Part shown: positions 33,973 to 34,571 of the stretch, in pieces | Position numbering within the stretch: the first letter of the stretch is position 1 | Layout of the letters: each line of letters opens with the position of its first letter | NCBI RefSeq assembly: GCF_001194135.2 | Contig: NC_068988.1 | Location: 71,744,640-71,779,210 of the forward strand | DNA length: 34,571 nt | Direction of reading: 5' to 3' | Source of the DNA: Octopus bimaculoides | Lineage: Eukaryota | Notes under the pieces: generated by a model | The model's input: only the letters and a program-made list of their open reading frames with translations | What the model was told of the DNA's origin: nothing | The model's database searches: none | Made by a program: the position numbers and the translations under genes

Positions 33973-34446
33973 ACTGCCACTGCCACACCTGCGCTTGCTT
34001 TTAATATTTTTTAAGTTTTAATTTTTCAATGTTTTAATTTTTTGAAAATTCTTTCCATTTAATTTAATTCACAATTATGTTTCGCCTTCAATTTTATGTA
34101 GTTTTAGGATAACTTTTATTTTATTTTAGTTTAGTTATTAGCATCACATTTCCCCCTCTATCTCTATTTGATATCCACTCTCACCAAAGCTTTCTCTACA
34201 TTCACATCATAATGTTGTTACTGCTAAGTTTTCATTCAGTTTTTTTTCTAATACATTTCACTTCTGCTGTGAGATGGTACGAATGACCAAATATTAAAGA
34301 TTTAAGTTGACCATGATAGTAAGTGGCCTATATCGAATTTTAATACAATATCTGGATAGTATATGACCTGAAGACAATATATTTTTGTGTGTGATGACTC
34401 ATGTACAAACACTAATGTCCTTATGATTATCCCTTCCTCTTTACAG

Positions 34447-34556
34447 ACGAAGAGCTATGCTCGAAATCTCAAATTCTCTCTTTTCACCGAGCGTCATGCA
34501 AAAAACATTCCTTGTGCAGTCCACTTCTTGTCTGTTATGCACACTCATTTATTTGA
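34447..34556 (+). CDS. Candidate exon after a strong acceptor; the phase-1 frame encodes a 4-Cys segment (xEELCSKSQILSFHRASCKKHSLCSPLLVCYAHSFI-stop)
   Basis: Branch-like ACTAAT, polypyrimidine tract CCCTTCCTCTTTACAG ending at 34446. All three frames are open for ~110 nt, so the frame is not diagnostic. Confidence 0.3.
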
Positions 34557-34571
34557 ATTGACTATATATAT

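Overview
AT-rich, microsatellite-dense animal genomic DNA with five N-gaps (7480-7489, 9464-9563, 18588-19492, 22030-22937, 31024-31992). The SINE and TE repertoire resembles an octopod cephalopod; this is recognition from memory, not a database search. Most of the window is decayed mobile DNA: three Dong/R4-type non-LTR retrotransposon fragments, several Penelope-like element (PLE) fragments (RT and GIY-YIG pieces, one with an inverted pseudo-LTR), a Chapaev3-like DNA transposon broken by two nested insertions, and tRNA-derived SINEs. Two things stand out. (1) A small spliced gene missed by the ORF track (30766-30963, +) encodes a 46-aa prepropeptide: signal peptide, acidic propiece, KR site and a 17-aa two-Cys peptide, FSCERIYKHDFFCKLLF. 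(2) An 871-bp insertion with a 12-bp target duplication is built entirely from a ~350-bp unit carrying a type I hammerhead-ribozyme motif, arranged as two back-to-back partial tandem arrays (retrozyme/pLTR-like). Further hammerhead motifs occur at 9565-9615 (complete), 10832-10866 (internally deleted) and 18425-18459 (A3-U8 core variant). Most ORF-track entries are microsatellite or N-gap artefacts.
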